From Zootoca vivipara (taxonomy: Eukaryota): a stretch of DNA of 64,000 nucleotides. Each line of letters begins with the position of its first letter. Position 1 is the first letter of the stretch. Shown one piece after another: positions 36,489-49,026 of this stretch. The notes under the pieces are model-generated. The model worked only from the letters and a program-made list of their open reading frames with translations, had not been told where the DNA came from and did no database searches. Both the position numbers and the translations under genes were made by a program. The stretch lies in contig NC_083277.1 of assembly GCF_963506605.1 (NCBI RefSeq), forward strand, positions 20,956,001-21,020,000, written 5' to 3'.

Positions 36489-36644
36489 TTACAGGTAGGT
36501 AACCGTGTTGGTCTGACGTAGTCGAAACAAAATAAAAAAAAATCCTTCCAGCAGCACCTTAAAGACCAACTAAGTTTTTTATTTTGGTATGATAAAATAA
36601 AAAAACTTAGTTGGTCTTTAAGGTGCTGCTGGAATGATTTTTTA
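36489..36644. mobile_element. Penelope terminal-repeat fold-back mini-insertion
   Basis: Both arms match 13625-13723; inversion junction at about 36591; flanking repeat AATGATTTTTTAAT. Confidence 0.8.
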
Positions 36645-36899
36645 ATATGATACTTTCCCCCCTCCACCCATGTATGTAGACATGGAGAAGAAACAGACTC
36701 AGCAGGAGAAAAACCCACAACAAAAGGCATTAATCCACGGGAGGGCTCCCGGAAAACGCTGCGTGCTTACCCGGGAGTAAGCCTCACTGAGCACAATGGT
36801 GCCTGCTTGTGACTAAGAATGGCAGCAAAGCGAGGCATTCTGTGGCCTTTTGCTTTGACTGTAAGCTTTCCCTGGATTAAAATTCACAACCCGGCAAAA

Positions 36900-37520
36900 G
36901 CGGCATGGGGGTGGAAAAAAGACTGGCCCCACAGCAAGGCAAGAACTGCTCGCTGCCCGTCTCCCTTCTCCAGCTCTCAGCCTCCGCGACAGCGCAGCAG
37001 CGCTCTACAAAGCAGCCCGATTCGAACGCCCTTTGACGCAGGCGCGCAACGTCTAGTAACTTAAGGGAGAGACTCCGAAGCATAGAGTTTTTGATCCTAT
37101 TGGCTACCAAGCGTTCCAAACCGCCCCTCCCACTCTAATTATTTCCCCGCCCTCTCTTCTCCCGAGTGCTCCTTTACGTCTGTCCCGTGATCGATCAGCC
37201 CATTGGGCCGCCAGCCTAAGCGCGGGGCGGAGCTCCTGACGACTTCGCGCATCCGCCATTGGTCAGAATGGAAGATACGGAGCTCCATCATTGGCCGGTG
37301 GAAGTTCTGTCCGGTTGTCCCCCACCCCACCGTGCATCGTTCTAAGTGTTGTCCCGAGAAGAAAGGCACGTGCGGGCGGCATGTGGCGCCTGGTTCGATG
37401 CAGGACAGTTGTCGGTAGGTTCCCCCCTCGCAGGGCTCCAGCCTCCATCGAAGAAACTCGTGGCAGCCTTGGCCGGCTCCTGTGTGTATCTGATGCGTAT
37501 TTCGTAGGTTGACTTCAATG
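36900..37520 (+). promoter_or_regulatory. CpG-island promoter and probable non-coding exon 1 of RPP14/HTD2
   Basis: CpG dense; ATTGG boxes at 37099, 37202, 37258, 37290; GC boxes at 37121, 37147, 37224; candidate donor G|GTAGGT after 37414. Confidence 0.75.
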
Positions 37521-37955
37521 CTGGCCCCGCTTAACTTGCGGGAAAATTCATTCATGCATTCATTTTTATTGAATTTATATACTGCCGGATTGAGGTTTGA
37601 TGAGGCCCTAACTAAGCTACTGAAGGTATTGGGGCCCTTTATACGTCCAGCTGTCCTTTGTCAACAACAAATTGTCGCTGTTTTTTTGTGTTGAATATAT
37701 GCTTTGTGGTAATTTATGGACCTAATAGGTATCTAAAGCCATTTTATGTATTTTATCAAAGTAATTGTTGAACTGAAATACAATTAAGAAGAAGTATATT
37801 AATAGTGAAATTTTGGGGGGCTCCCAAGAGAGTGGGGCCCTAAGCTATAGCTTGTTTAGCTTATACGGAAATCTGGCCCCTATACCTAGATGGCTCTGGG
37901 TGGTTCACAGAAAGGCCCCACGGAATCTCATAAGGATTGTTTCCGAGCAGGGATA

Positions 37956-38113
37956 CAGTCATACCTCGGTTTAAGTACGCCTCGGTTTGAGTATTTTCAG
38001 TTTAAGTACTCCACAGACCCATCTGGAACTGAAAGTTCGCTTCAGGTTAAGTATACTTCAGGTTAAGTACAAACTTCCGGAACCAATTGTGTTTGTAAAC
38101 CGAGGTACCACTG
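37956..38113. mobile_element. Tc1/mariner MITE
   Basis: TA TSD; CAGT..TACCTCGGTTTA TIRs. Confidence 0.78.
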
Positions 38114-38791
38114 TACATGCAGTCAACCTTCCAAAACATCTCTCCCACCTTGTTCTGAAATTGTGGGTTCCCGCCCCAGTTTAAGCTTTTCGGGGAATGT
38201 TAGTTTGCTAACAGTAAGTGCAATGGAATTCAAAAGAAGGGTGGGTTTTTTGTTTTGTTTCGTTTTTTAATGATTGACACCCCCACCCCAAGTTTCTACT
38301 TGTTCCTATTTTATCTGTAAGCCGCCCTTGTCAGAGAAGAAGGCAGTGTATAAATAAATACATAATTATAATCCCAATGATAATCTCCTATGTATCCCAC
38401 TGTTTCGGAAGGTGGTTTAATTATATGTCCTGAGCATGCTTTGTGGTTATTATTATTATTATTATTTATTTGCACCCTGTCCATCTGACTCGGCTGCCCC
38501 AGCCACTCTGGGTGGCTTCCAGCATATATAAACATATAGAATGCTTCAAAGTTCTGCAGAGCTTTGCATGGCATTTTTCCTACTTGTGATTTGTACAGTA
38601 CTGGGTTTCGCAACTTGGGAGCCCCCCAGTTGTTTGGACTACCACTCCCATCAGCCCCTGACACCCCAAGCCTGAAGATCTTTGCTGAAGAGTCCTTGGC
38701 TTATGACAGTTTGACAATTTGTGGAATTTCTAGTGTAGGACTTGTTGTGCTTTAATAGGCTATTTCTTCTTTTAGAAGTCGGCTTACCAAA

Positions 38792-41621
38792 ATGACTGAA
38801 TTTGGAGAGGGCAACAAGCCAGCTTCCTATAAAAGAATAGTTCTCAAGAATGCTTCTGAATACCACTATCTAAAGATCCATTTGTAAGTTCATGCCATTT
38901 TTTCCTTTTGTCCCTTCACCTTGGAAGGATTTTGTGCAGAGTATTCTTTTGCTGCTCAATAGGATTTGCTAATAAGACTTATTGCTAACTTACATTTCAG
39001 GGAGTTTCAGGAAGCTGACTTTAGCCTAAATGCTGTTGAATTCAAACAACTTATCATCTCTGCTCTGAAACGGCTGCATGGTGAGGTATGTTTGTTGTGT
39101 ATGTTATTTGGAGATGACATTTCTTCAGTTTCCAAATTATGTATATGTAAATATCCCCTTGTTTATTTGGATTCACTGCATAGAGGAAAGATGGCTTCTG
39201 AAGGAGTACAACTATGCACTGTTTATGCTTTTAAAACTAGGTGAGAACAGGCAGCTGTTTCTCCCAACTTTAAAGGGTGAAACATTGCAGTGATAACAAG
39301 AGAAGACTATGAAGAGAGGAAGTGATATAAAATATGAATATTCAGCAACTTCATTTTGCAAAGTCTCTTTCTGCTTTTTAGTAACAACGTAATACCTTTT
39401 CTTTCTTAGGTTGGTGCAGCTTTGCTTGTTGATGTGCTGACATATGAGGAAGAAACATTGTCTGCAGTACTCCGCGTACCTAATGCGTAAGGAACTCTGA
39501 ATCTACATCCTTAGCAAGCGCTATTGGATGAAAACAAGGCTTTCTAAAATGAAGGGGATGCTCTTTATGTCTAAAGAAGATGTCGCAAGCGTGGTTGGTA
39601 TAGCGGTACCTTTAGTTACGAACTTAATTTGTTCCGGAGGTCTGTTCTTAACCTGAAACTGTGCTTAACTAGAGGCGTGCTTTTGCTGCACCACCAGCAC
39701 ACGATTTCCATTCTTATCCTGGGGCAAAGTTCTCAATTCGAAGGTAACTCTTCCAGGTTAGCGGAGTTTGTAACCTGAAGCGTTTGTAACCTGAGGCGTT
39801 TCTAACTCGAGGTACCACAGTACAGGCAAATCCTCATTTACACAGGGGTTGCATTCTGAGGAATGGTGTACGTCGCCCGTCCCCCTCACCCTCTTCTGGT
39901 GCCGAAAACGGTGCTTGCTTCCATGGTTGTGCTTGTGCCAGTCATGCACAAATGGGGAGTTGCCTGTATGTAGCATTGCTTTTGCTTGGGTGTAGGAGTG
40001 TTACTTTATGGTGGTGAAGGTGCAATTTCCTCGTCATTCCTGCAAGGTCAGGGTTGGAAAAATACTTCCAATTTCAAGATGCATGTACAGTGGTACCTTG
40101 GTTCTCAAACACTTTGATACGGAAACAACTTGGAACCCAAACACTGCAAACCCAGAAGTAAGAGTTCCGGTTTGCAAACCATTTTTGGAAGCCGAACGTG
40201 CTCCGTTTTCAGTTTTACACTTCCGATTTGAGTGCCACACTTCCATTTTGAGTGTCACGCTGAGGTCTGTCTGCTTTTGCGGCTCTTTTCATTTTGTTTT
40301 TGTGACTGTGGAACCCAGCTCAGCTTCTGATTGATTGATTGATTTTGTGACTGCAGTACATTGTTTATTGCTTTCATTTTATGGATCAGTGGTCTCTGAG
40401 ATAGTAAAATTCATGTTAAATTGCTGTTTTAGGGGTTGTTTTTAAAAGTTTGGAACGGATTAATCTATTTTGCATTACTTTCTATGGGAAAGCTCGCCTT
40501 GGTTTTGGAACGCTTTGGTTTTGGAACGGACTTCTGGAACGGATTAAGTTTGTGAACCAAACTTGTGTAGGCCTGGTGCTGGTACTGCTTGAAGTACCAG
40601 CACCAGGCCTACACAATGTTAACCAAAAGAACTTGATTTGAGTTACTTGGCAATAGTCAAATGGATTTCTGGCAACCACATACCAATCCTGTGCAAGGTG
40701 TTCTCTGCATTCTCCTAAAAAAGAGGATTTTTTTTTTGCTAAATTTGTGTGTGGAAAGGTGTACTTAAAAATTCCAACAACACAGAACTGTGGATCTTGC
40801 CTCTCAATGAATGAGACTGAAATCTTAATATTTGTCCGTAGCCTTTTCTGTCATGTTGTGTTGGCACTTGTTTTATGTAAGCATGAATGCCTCTCATTCT
40901 GTCGTTTGAACAGTGGCCTCGCAAAGCTGTGGAGTGCTCTGACGCTGTTTGGATCATATCAGAACAGAAAGTGTGCTTTTAGGGTGATACAGGTAAGAGT
41001 TAAGATGCAAGCAATCTAATCCCAGGTTATAAAGTTGCCTAACAGAATGGCCATTTTTTCAGGATTTACATGGGAGTTTGTCACTTTGAGTTACTCCTAG
41101 ATGGATAAAGAATTGCTTTACCCCTGTACCCTTTCGTCTCATAATCTATCGTCAATGTCGGCGAGGGGGTTCGTCGCAGCTCACTCCCTGAATGGTCACT
41201 TCTGTAGCTACTGATTTGCTGATATATCATGTTGTGTTTTTATTTTTGCAAGAACACCCCCCCCCCCAATTGTCCTTGGCCCTCTTCTGAATACCAAATA
41301 ATTATATAGGCTGTCATCAGCATGTAAAAGTGACTGTTGGTGGCTGCAGAACTGAGTGTTCCTGCCCTCCCATTGTCTTTGAAATGCGGAAGGTTAGCCA
41401 CTTCACCCTCGCCTCCTAGGCTTATATTTTCTGAAATCTGGTTTCCAAGAAGATTAATCAACTTCCATTTTGTTGGCACAAGTTACTCACATTTTGCTTT
41501 CTGCAGGAGGAATTTTCCTGTTCTTTGTTTTGAAATGCATGTTCCTGTTTGTTCTCCTTCCTAGACTTCTCCATTTCTTCTTGCGTTAGCTGGGAACAGC
41601 AGAGAACTGGTGCTGGATTAA
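38792..41621 (+). CDS. RPP14: Ribonuclease P protein subunit p14, 129 aa
   Basis: Coding exons 38792-38883, 39001-39085, 39410-39486, 40914-40992, 41565-41621 (390 nt, GT-AG, in phase): MTEFGEGNKPASYKRIVLKNASEYHYLKIHLEFQEADFSLNAVEFKQLIISALKRLHGEVGAALLVDVLTYEEETLSAVLRVPNAGLAKLWSALTLFGSYQNRKCAFRVIQTSPFLLALAGNSRELVLD. Confidence 0.95.
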
Positions 41622-41658
41622 ATAAACTGAAAAGGCAACTGACTTGAGCTGTCTTAAG

Positions 41659-42180
41659 ATGCAGGTAGCATGGTTGAAATGCAGATTTCTACGTGCGAGA
41701 CTCCAAAGAACTTTCCCAGCACGGCCAGATGTTGCCACCCCACTCGCTCAACCCTCTGTTCATCATTTGCACATACAAGTAGGAGACAAGGCAGAATTAA
41801 CCAAGACATTTACACAGGAGGATGTTGTTACATTTTCGAAGTTAACAGGAGACACGAACCCATTGCATCTGGATGAAGACTACGCAGGGAGCTCAATATT
41901 TGGCAGGAGAGTTGTACACGGTGTTCTGATCAATGGACTCATCTCTGCTCTTCTGGGTACTAAGATGCCAGGGCATGGCTGTGTTTTTCTTTCTCAGGAA
42001 ATTCGTTTTCCATCCCCGTTATACGTTGGAGAAGAGGTCTTAGTTGCAGCGGAAGTGAAGAAACTGAAGAGATGCCTTGCTTATATTTCCGTCTCCTGTA
42101 CTGTTGCAGAAAGTGGCAAAACAGTGATGGAAGGCACCGTTAAAGTCATGGTGCCAGACGATCAGAAATCACAGATTTGA
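41659..42180 (+). CDS. HTD2: Mitochondrial hydroxyacyl-thioester dehydratase type 2 (mtFAS, hotdog fold), 173 aa, intronless
   Basis: First ATG at 41659 (the track start at 41644 is TTG); Arg/Leu-rich presequence; hydratase-2 motif [18 protein letters not shown] and VHGVL; lies in the RPP14 last exon. Confidence 0.95.
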   Translation: MQVAWLKCRFLRARLQRTFPARPDVATPLAQPSVHHLHIQVGDKAELTKTFTQEDVVTFSKLTGDTNPLHLDEDYAGSSIFGRRVVHGVLINGLISALLGTKMPGHGCVFLSQEIRFPSPLYVGEEVLVAAEVKKLKRCLAYISVSCTVAESGKTVMEGTVKVMVPDDQKSQI

Positions 42181-42502
42181 CCCCAAGCTGCAGTATATTA
42201 TTGTAGCTGGGGCCATGAATAGTTTGTGTGGACATACATTTAGATGCTTTTCAAGACAGTGCCGGCTGTACATTAATGCAACTGCTTAATGATACACAGA
42301 GTACATCTTATCTATATCTGTAATCATTGGTGTTTTGTTTTATCCCACCACGGCTCAGAACAGAGAGCTGAATGCAGATTTCCTGCACCAGTGCATCATT
42401 CCCACCTACATTTCTGTGGTTTGTTAATGTGGCTGGTTTGGATTCCTTTGGACCGTTGGTTGCTCAAAACGGCTTTTTCCTAGTAATGGGTTCATAAACT
42501 TT

Positions 42503-42508
42503 AATAAA
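42503..42508 (+). terminator. Candidate polyadenylation signal of the RPP14-HTD2 transcript
   Basis: First AATAAA downstream of the HTD2 stop; another at about 42586. Confidence 0.5.
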
Positions 42509-42730
42509 TCACACAGATCCCATTATAAAAAATTCATTCTCTTGTAATCGAGTGCATAGTTTGGTGGGTTCCTCCCCCCACCCACAATAAAAATAATTAC
42601 TTTCAAAAGGCCGTTTTGCTACCTATTCCCTTCATGCAGAAAGCAAATTGCAGGATCCCTTTACCCCATATATATTCACTCAGCCACTTGGATTCACAGA
42701 ACTGGCACTCTTGACAGGTGCTACATAATA

Positions 42731-42948
42731 CGGTGGTACCTCGGGTTAAGAACTTAATTCGTTCTGGAGATCCGTTCTTAACCTGAAACTGTTCTTAACC
42801 TGAGGTACCACTTTAGCTAATGGGGCCTCCCGCTGCCGCCGTCGTGCGATTTCTGTTCTCATCCTGAGGTAAAGTTCTTAACCCGAGGTACTATTTCTGG
42901 GTTAGCGGAGTCTGTAACCTGAAGCGTCTGTAACCCGAGGTACCACCG
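42731..42948. mobile_element. Tc1/mariner MITE
   Basis: TA TSD; CGGTGGTACCTCGGGTTA TIRs; same family as 4295-4536. Confidence 0.85.
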
Positions 42949-43098
42949 TACTTGTTCTGCGCTTGTAAGAAATGGGTATTTTAGTGCAGGCTGCACCTGT
43001 TCTTTGGAACTCCCTGCCTGTTGATATTGGACAGGCGCCTTCACTGAGCTCTTTTTGCTGCCTGTTGCTTGTTTTTAGACAAGCCTATCCACAAATGC

Positions 43099-43447
43099 GG
43101 GACCCAGGTGGTGCTGTGGTTAAACCACTGAGCCTAGGGCTTGCTGATCAGAAGGTTGGCGGTTCGAATCCCTGTGACGGGGTGAGCTCCCGTTGCTTGG
43201 TCCCAGCTCCTGCCAACCTAGCAGTTCGAAAGCACGTCAAAATGCAAGTAGATAAATAGGAACCGCTACAGCGGGAAGGTAAACGGCGTTTCCATGTGCT
43301 GCTCTGGTTTGCCAGAAGCGGCTTTGTCATGCTGGCCACATGACCTGGAAGCTATACGCCGGCTCCCTCGGCCAATAATGCGAGATGAGCGCGCAACCCC
43401 AGAGTCGGTCACGACTGGACCTAATGGTCAGGGGTCCCTTTACCTTT
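43099..43447 (+). mobile_element. Full-length Sauria SINE
   Basis: A/B boxes; ACCTTT tail; TSD TATCCACAAATGC. Confidence 0.9.
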
Positions 43448-43901
43448 ATCCACAAATGCACAGGTTGCGTGTGTTTGATTTCTTTAACTATTGCTGACTA
43501 AATTATTATTTTTTAAAGATCTGTTTTTCACGTGGGCAACAAGTACTATTGGAATTGCTCTGGCCTCCAGAAAAATGGCTGTTGTCGGTTCCCCTGTAGT
43601 TCTCTCCAGGGCTTTTTCTCAGCAAGAACTTGCCGGAGCTAGCTCAGTTCCAGCACCTCTCTGGTGGGTGCCATTGCTATGTTAAGAGAATAAGGGAGGC
43701 ATTCATAGTAAGTGATGGAAAAAAGGCATAGCCAAGGGGGGCAAGCGGCAAGCTGCCCCCCCAAAAAACCAAGTACATAAATAAAAAATAATTAACTGGG
43801 CAATTGTATCACATATAGCTCAGTTCTGCCCCCCACCCCCACGTAAATCCTGGCCATGCCCATGGGAGTGCGGCAACAGCTTCCCTCAATGTAGCCATCT
43901 A

Positions 43902-44715
<814 letters not shown>

Positions 44716-45640
44716 TAATAGACTTTTACTTGTTTTGAGGGCCTTTTTTTTAATTATTTTTAACGTATCTTAAGTTGCTTTTAGTTACCCACGTAAAAAA
44801 GCAGGCGGTAAATTTAATAAAATATGCAAATCTATTAAAAAATTAAAAATGCATAATGCCCCCAATTAAACAGATAAAATCAGTAAAAACCTATGAAGCT
44901 TTTTGTTTGTTTGTTTGTTTTAAAAGATATTGCCTTTTTGTAAAAACAACAACAACCTCTAAATCAAATGACTTTCAGCTGATGCGTAGAACAATAGTGA
45001 GTGCTTTCCTTTTTTCAGGGTTTGGCTAGCGATACAGAGCAGGCTCGGTGCCTCTATTTTATTTTTATAGTATTTTTAAAATATCACTTGTTTCAAGCCA
45101 CTTTGCTAAGTTCAAGAAGACTCTGGTTACATGCTCCTAGGTTCTCCATATCCTGGAGCTGTCTTATCTTTCTCCTGCACAGCCATCTGGTCAAAACCAG
45201 CACTTGTGTGTGAGTGAGAGAGAGAACTTGAGTCATTGGTCCCACCTCTTCTTTTCATTTGTGGGATCTTCTCCCCCTGTGTTGGTAATGAGATCAGACA
45301 ACCACCCCTTCCCATCCCTGGACCCATAAGAGTTGGGGTCAAGGCAGAGCAGCCTGTTCATAATTTGAATGCTTGTTAATTCCAGGGAGGGTAGAATTTC
45401 TAGGTTAACACTTTCCTGTAGAAATCAGTTCCCTCCAAAATAGTTATGGGTACTTCAGGTTGTTAGCTAAACAGGATGAATATAGAGAAGTGCTAGTTTC
45501 TTGGACGACTGACCATATCAAATACGGCAACTAGTTTTGCTGACTGCCAAAATGGAATTTGAATATTTTTAAACTGACAAGCGGCAATGTTAAGCTGGCC
45601 ACTATTAACTCGGGTTCATTAAATGCTTTACCATTATTTC

Positions 45641-45730
45641 CATAGCTGTCAAGTTTTCCCTTTTCTCGCAAGGAAGCCTATTCAGCATAAAGGAATTTCC
45701 CTTAACAAAAGGGAGAACTTGACAGCTATG
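45641..45730. mobile_element. 90-bp hAT MITE
   Basis: CATAGCTGTCAAG TIR; TSD ATTATTTC. Confidence 0.88.
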
Positions 45731-45772
45731 ATTATTTCCAAAGTGTAAAGTCATGTGTACTCTTCCTAAGAT

Positions 45773-45968
45773 AAAAAAAATATTTCTAGTAGCACCTTAG
45801 AGACCAACTAAGTTTGTCATTGGTATGAGCTTTCGTGTGCAAGTGTGCATGCACACGAAAGCTCATACCAATGACAAACTTGGTTGGTCTCTAAGGTGCT
45901 ACTGGAAGGATTTTTTTAATTTTGTTTCAACCACGGCAGACCAACACGGCTACCTACCTGTAACTAAA
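45773..45968. mobile_element. Penelope terminal-repeat fold-back mini-insertion
   Basis: Arms match 13600-13723; 14-bp TSD ACTCTTCCTAAGAT at 45759-45772 and 45969-45982. Confidence 0.85.
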
Positions 45969-47049
45969 ACTCTTCCTAAGATGTGTGGGTTGCTTTGGGC
46001 TTTACTCATAAAGCTAGGGCATGCAGAAAACATAAAGTCCTGAGATCACAACTTGCACAAAAAGATGTTTTGAGTGGAAAACATTAACTTCCCCTGAAAC
46101 AATTCCATTCAGCATAATGGTTTTCTTTTTGAAACACTATATTCTTAAAAGTTGTAGAGCTAGCATTCATTAAAATGGTGGCCTTAAATGGTTTGCGTTT
46201 CCTCAGTGATGTTTGTAGGATTATGGCTTGGGGCGAAAGACGGGGGTTTAAAACATAAACTGCTCAGCACGACTGAAAAATCTGCATTCCTAGTTAATTT
46301 GGTCAGTATGTCAACTTAGGTTTTAAATAGCTGCAAAACACAACAACTCCTTGAGGAGAAATTTGTTTCACATTCTGTGGTTAATCCAAACAAAATAAAA
46401 AATTCCTTCCAGCAGCACCTTAAAGACCAACTAAGTTTTTATTTTGGTATGAGCTTTTGTGGTATTGCTTTTTAGACCAGTTATCTAGGGAGTAACGGAG
46501 GGGGGGGGAATCTGTTTGCCAGATTTCATTGGATCTGTGCAATGGTGTGTTTCTGAAGTACAATGATACATTAAAATTACGCTTCATGGCATTACGGATC
46601 CTCTGACTCCCCAGAGCATCCTTTAAAGATTTTGATCAAAGCTGTGTGGATGTCTACTACGCACACACTTCAAAGTTGTTGTGGCACAGGGGTCCTTGCG
46701 TCCTGTTTACTTCTGAATAGCCTCTTTGATTTTTGTGCATAAAAAGGATAGTGAATGAAAGAGCAAGAAGAAAAAGACCATGTGGTCTGTCCTGACACAA
46801 ACATGTTTCCCTTTTCCCAGCGAAAAGGATGGTGAACCTTTGTAAAGTTGTCTTTTGATTCCCTTGTTCCTCAGTCAGTCATCGTGGCATTTATCAAGCA
46901 TCTCAATAGGGAGCTACCCTCTCAGAGCAGCTTTTGGTTAGCTGGAGATTCAGAGAGAAACAAAAATAGTAGTAAAATAAAAGGCGCTTCCCACACCTTT
47001 CTGCATAAACTTTGTTTAAATTAATAATGTGTGGAGTAGAACTTTTTGC

Positions 47050-47219
47050 CAGGGCCGTCTCAAGCCGGTCGGGCGCCATGGCGCGGAGATCGCTCCGGCG
47101 CCCCCACCCTAGTGGGCGGGCGCAGCGCACAGCATGGCTTCCGTGTGGCTTTGCCGCGCAGCGCCCTCCTGCCAGCCTGGCGCCCTGCGCCACCGAGACT
47201 ACCCCTAGAGCCGGGCCTG
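47050..47219. mobile_element. hAT element (sibling of 24946-25097)
   Basis: CAGGGCCG...CGGGCCTG ends; near-perfect 8-bp TSD. Confidence 0.75.
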
Positions 47220-47924
47220 ACTTTTGCATCTCGCCCTATTTTGAGAGGTGTCAACTGCCCCTCTGTTCCCTGACTGCAGTAAGAGATACAAAGCGCCACT
47301 CCGCATGACCTAATAAAAGGAAAATGCAAATTGCTAATGCCAGCCTGCCACCTCCACAGTCTGAAACCGCTCTTAGGCACATGCTTCAATGCTCTTGAGT
47401 GCTTGTCACAAGGCAGAGTTGGAGGATTGACTGCCTAAGCCAGCCTTCCTCAAACTCGGCCCTCCAGATGTTTTTGGCCTACAACTCCCATGATCCCTAG
47501 CTACCAGGACCAGTGGTCAGGGATGATGGAAATTGTAGTCTGAAAACATCTGGAGGACAAAGTTTGAGAAGTGTGGCCTAAGCCCATGGGTAGCTAAGGT
47601 GTGGTGCCTTCCAGATACTGCTAGATTACAATGCCCATCAGCCCTAGCCAGCATGATGGGAGTTGTAGTCCAAAATCATCTGGAGGGCACCATGTAAGCT
47701 ACCCCCGGTCCAGGGCTATAGCCCGATCTGTGGAGAGTACTTGGGAGAGGCAGCCCATTTCATGCAAAGGCAATTTGTGTTTGTGGCTTGAGAAAAGCAG
47801 CAGGCCCCTTTGCCAGGCGGAAGCTACATCACTGGGGTGAGGCTTAGAGGTGTTCTGTCAAGGCTTAGATGAGGGCAAGAAACACAGTTAGGACTACATT
47901 TCACTGTGTATGTGTGTGTGCTTG

Positions 47925-48120
47925 TATCCCACTACTTTTCCTCCAAGGAGCTTCAGGTGGTATACATGGCTCTCCATTGTGCTACCCTCACAACAACCCT
48001 GTGAGGTAGGTTAGGTGGAAAGACGGTGAGCGGTTCAAGGTCACCCAATGAGCTTCATGGCTAAGTGGTGATTTGAACCCTTGTCTCACAGGTCCTAACC
48101 CAACCCTCTAGCCACTATGG
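47925..48120 (-). mobile_element. Old tRNA-derived (MIR/CORE-like) SINE; sibling at about 61395-61570
   Basis: CTCACAACAACCCTGTGAGGTAGG core; B box on minus strand. Confidence 0.6.
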
Positions 48121-49026
48121 TGAGCTGGCTGCCAAATGAGCGTTTGCTCACATTTACCAAGTGTAATAATGATGGTGCTTGTAGCCTCAAGTCTGGCAGA
48201 CCGCTGGCACCACTTTAGCTGTGGACGCATTGTAGTTTTGCTTTCGTTTCCACTGTCAAGTTTTAGCTCACGGTTTCTGTTTCCTAGAGTTCCTTCAGCT
48301 CACTGCTGCCAAGTGCTTTCGCTGGGAGCATTGCCCAACATATTAACTGCTCCCAGGGCCTTCCATACCACAAAACAGGTTTGGCAACAGCAGTGAAAGG
48401 AAGGGGGGCAAGCAGGGGGAGGGAAAATGGTTCCGATTTCAGTACACCATCCCCCCCATTGTGTGTGTGTGTGTGTGTTAATATGGTTCCTAGGATAGTA
48501 CCAGCTGAAAAGCCCCTGACTTATTTCTGAGACTATTGGCTGACTTTTCACTCAACGTTCCCAGGACAGGCAGTGCAAAAAAATAAAATCTGCAATATTT
48601 TAAACTAAGGTTGTTATATATATATTATCTTATAGTTGATGCAATAAATAGAATTCACTTGGTAGCAGGATATAGGACAACTGCCTTAACCTGGTGCCAC
48701 ACATCACCTCTCCCCAAAAGCCTTCACCTGTCTGTGAAATAAAAATAAGGCTGAAACTTGTCTTTAAAAAAATTCTCTTTCCTTGACCATAGTTATAGAA
48801 TTCATTGATACCACATCGCTACAACATGTGCGAAATGCCAAAATGTCAAAACGTGTTATGATGCCACCCTTTAAAGAGAGTAAGTAGGCTGAATTATTCT
48901 TTGTTCTCCTTTGATTGCAAGTGCAAAAATAAGTACGGTAGTATAGGCTGCAATTCTAAAGAAGCTACAAAGGAGTAAGCCCCATCAGGCACAATAGGAT
49001 TCCCTTCTGAGTAAATGTGCATAGAC

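Noticed and set aside
41644-41658. HTD2 start as given by the ORF track
   Set aside because: Codon is TTG; the first ATG is 41659
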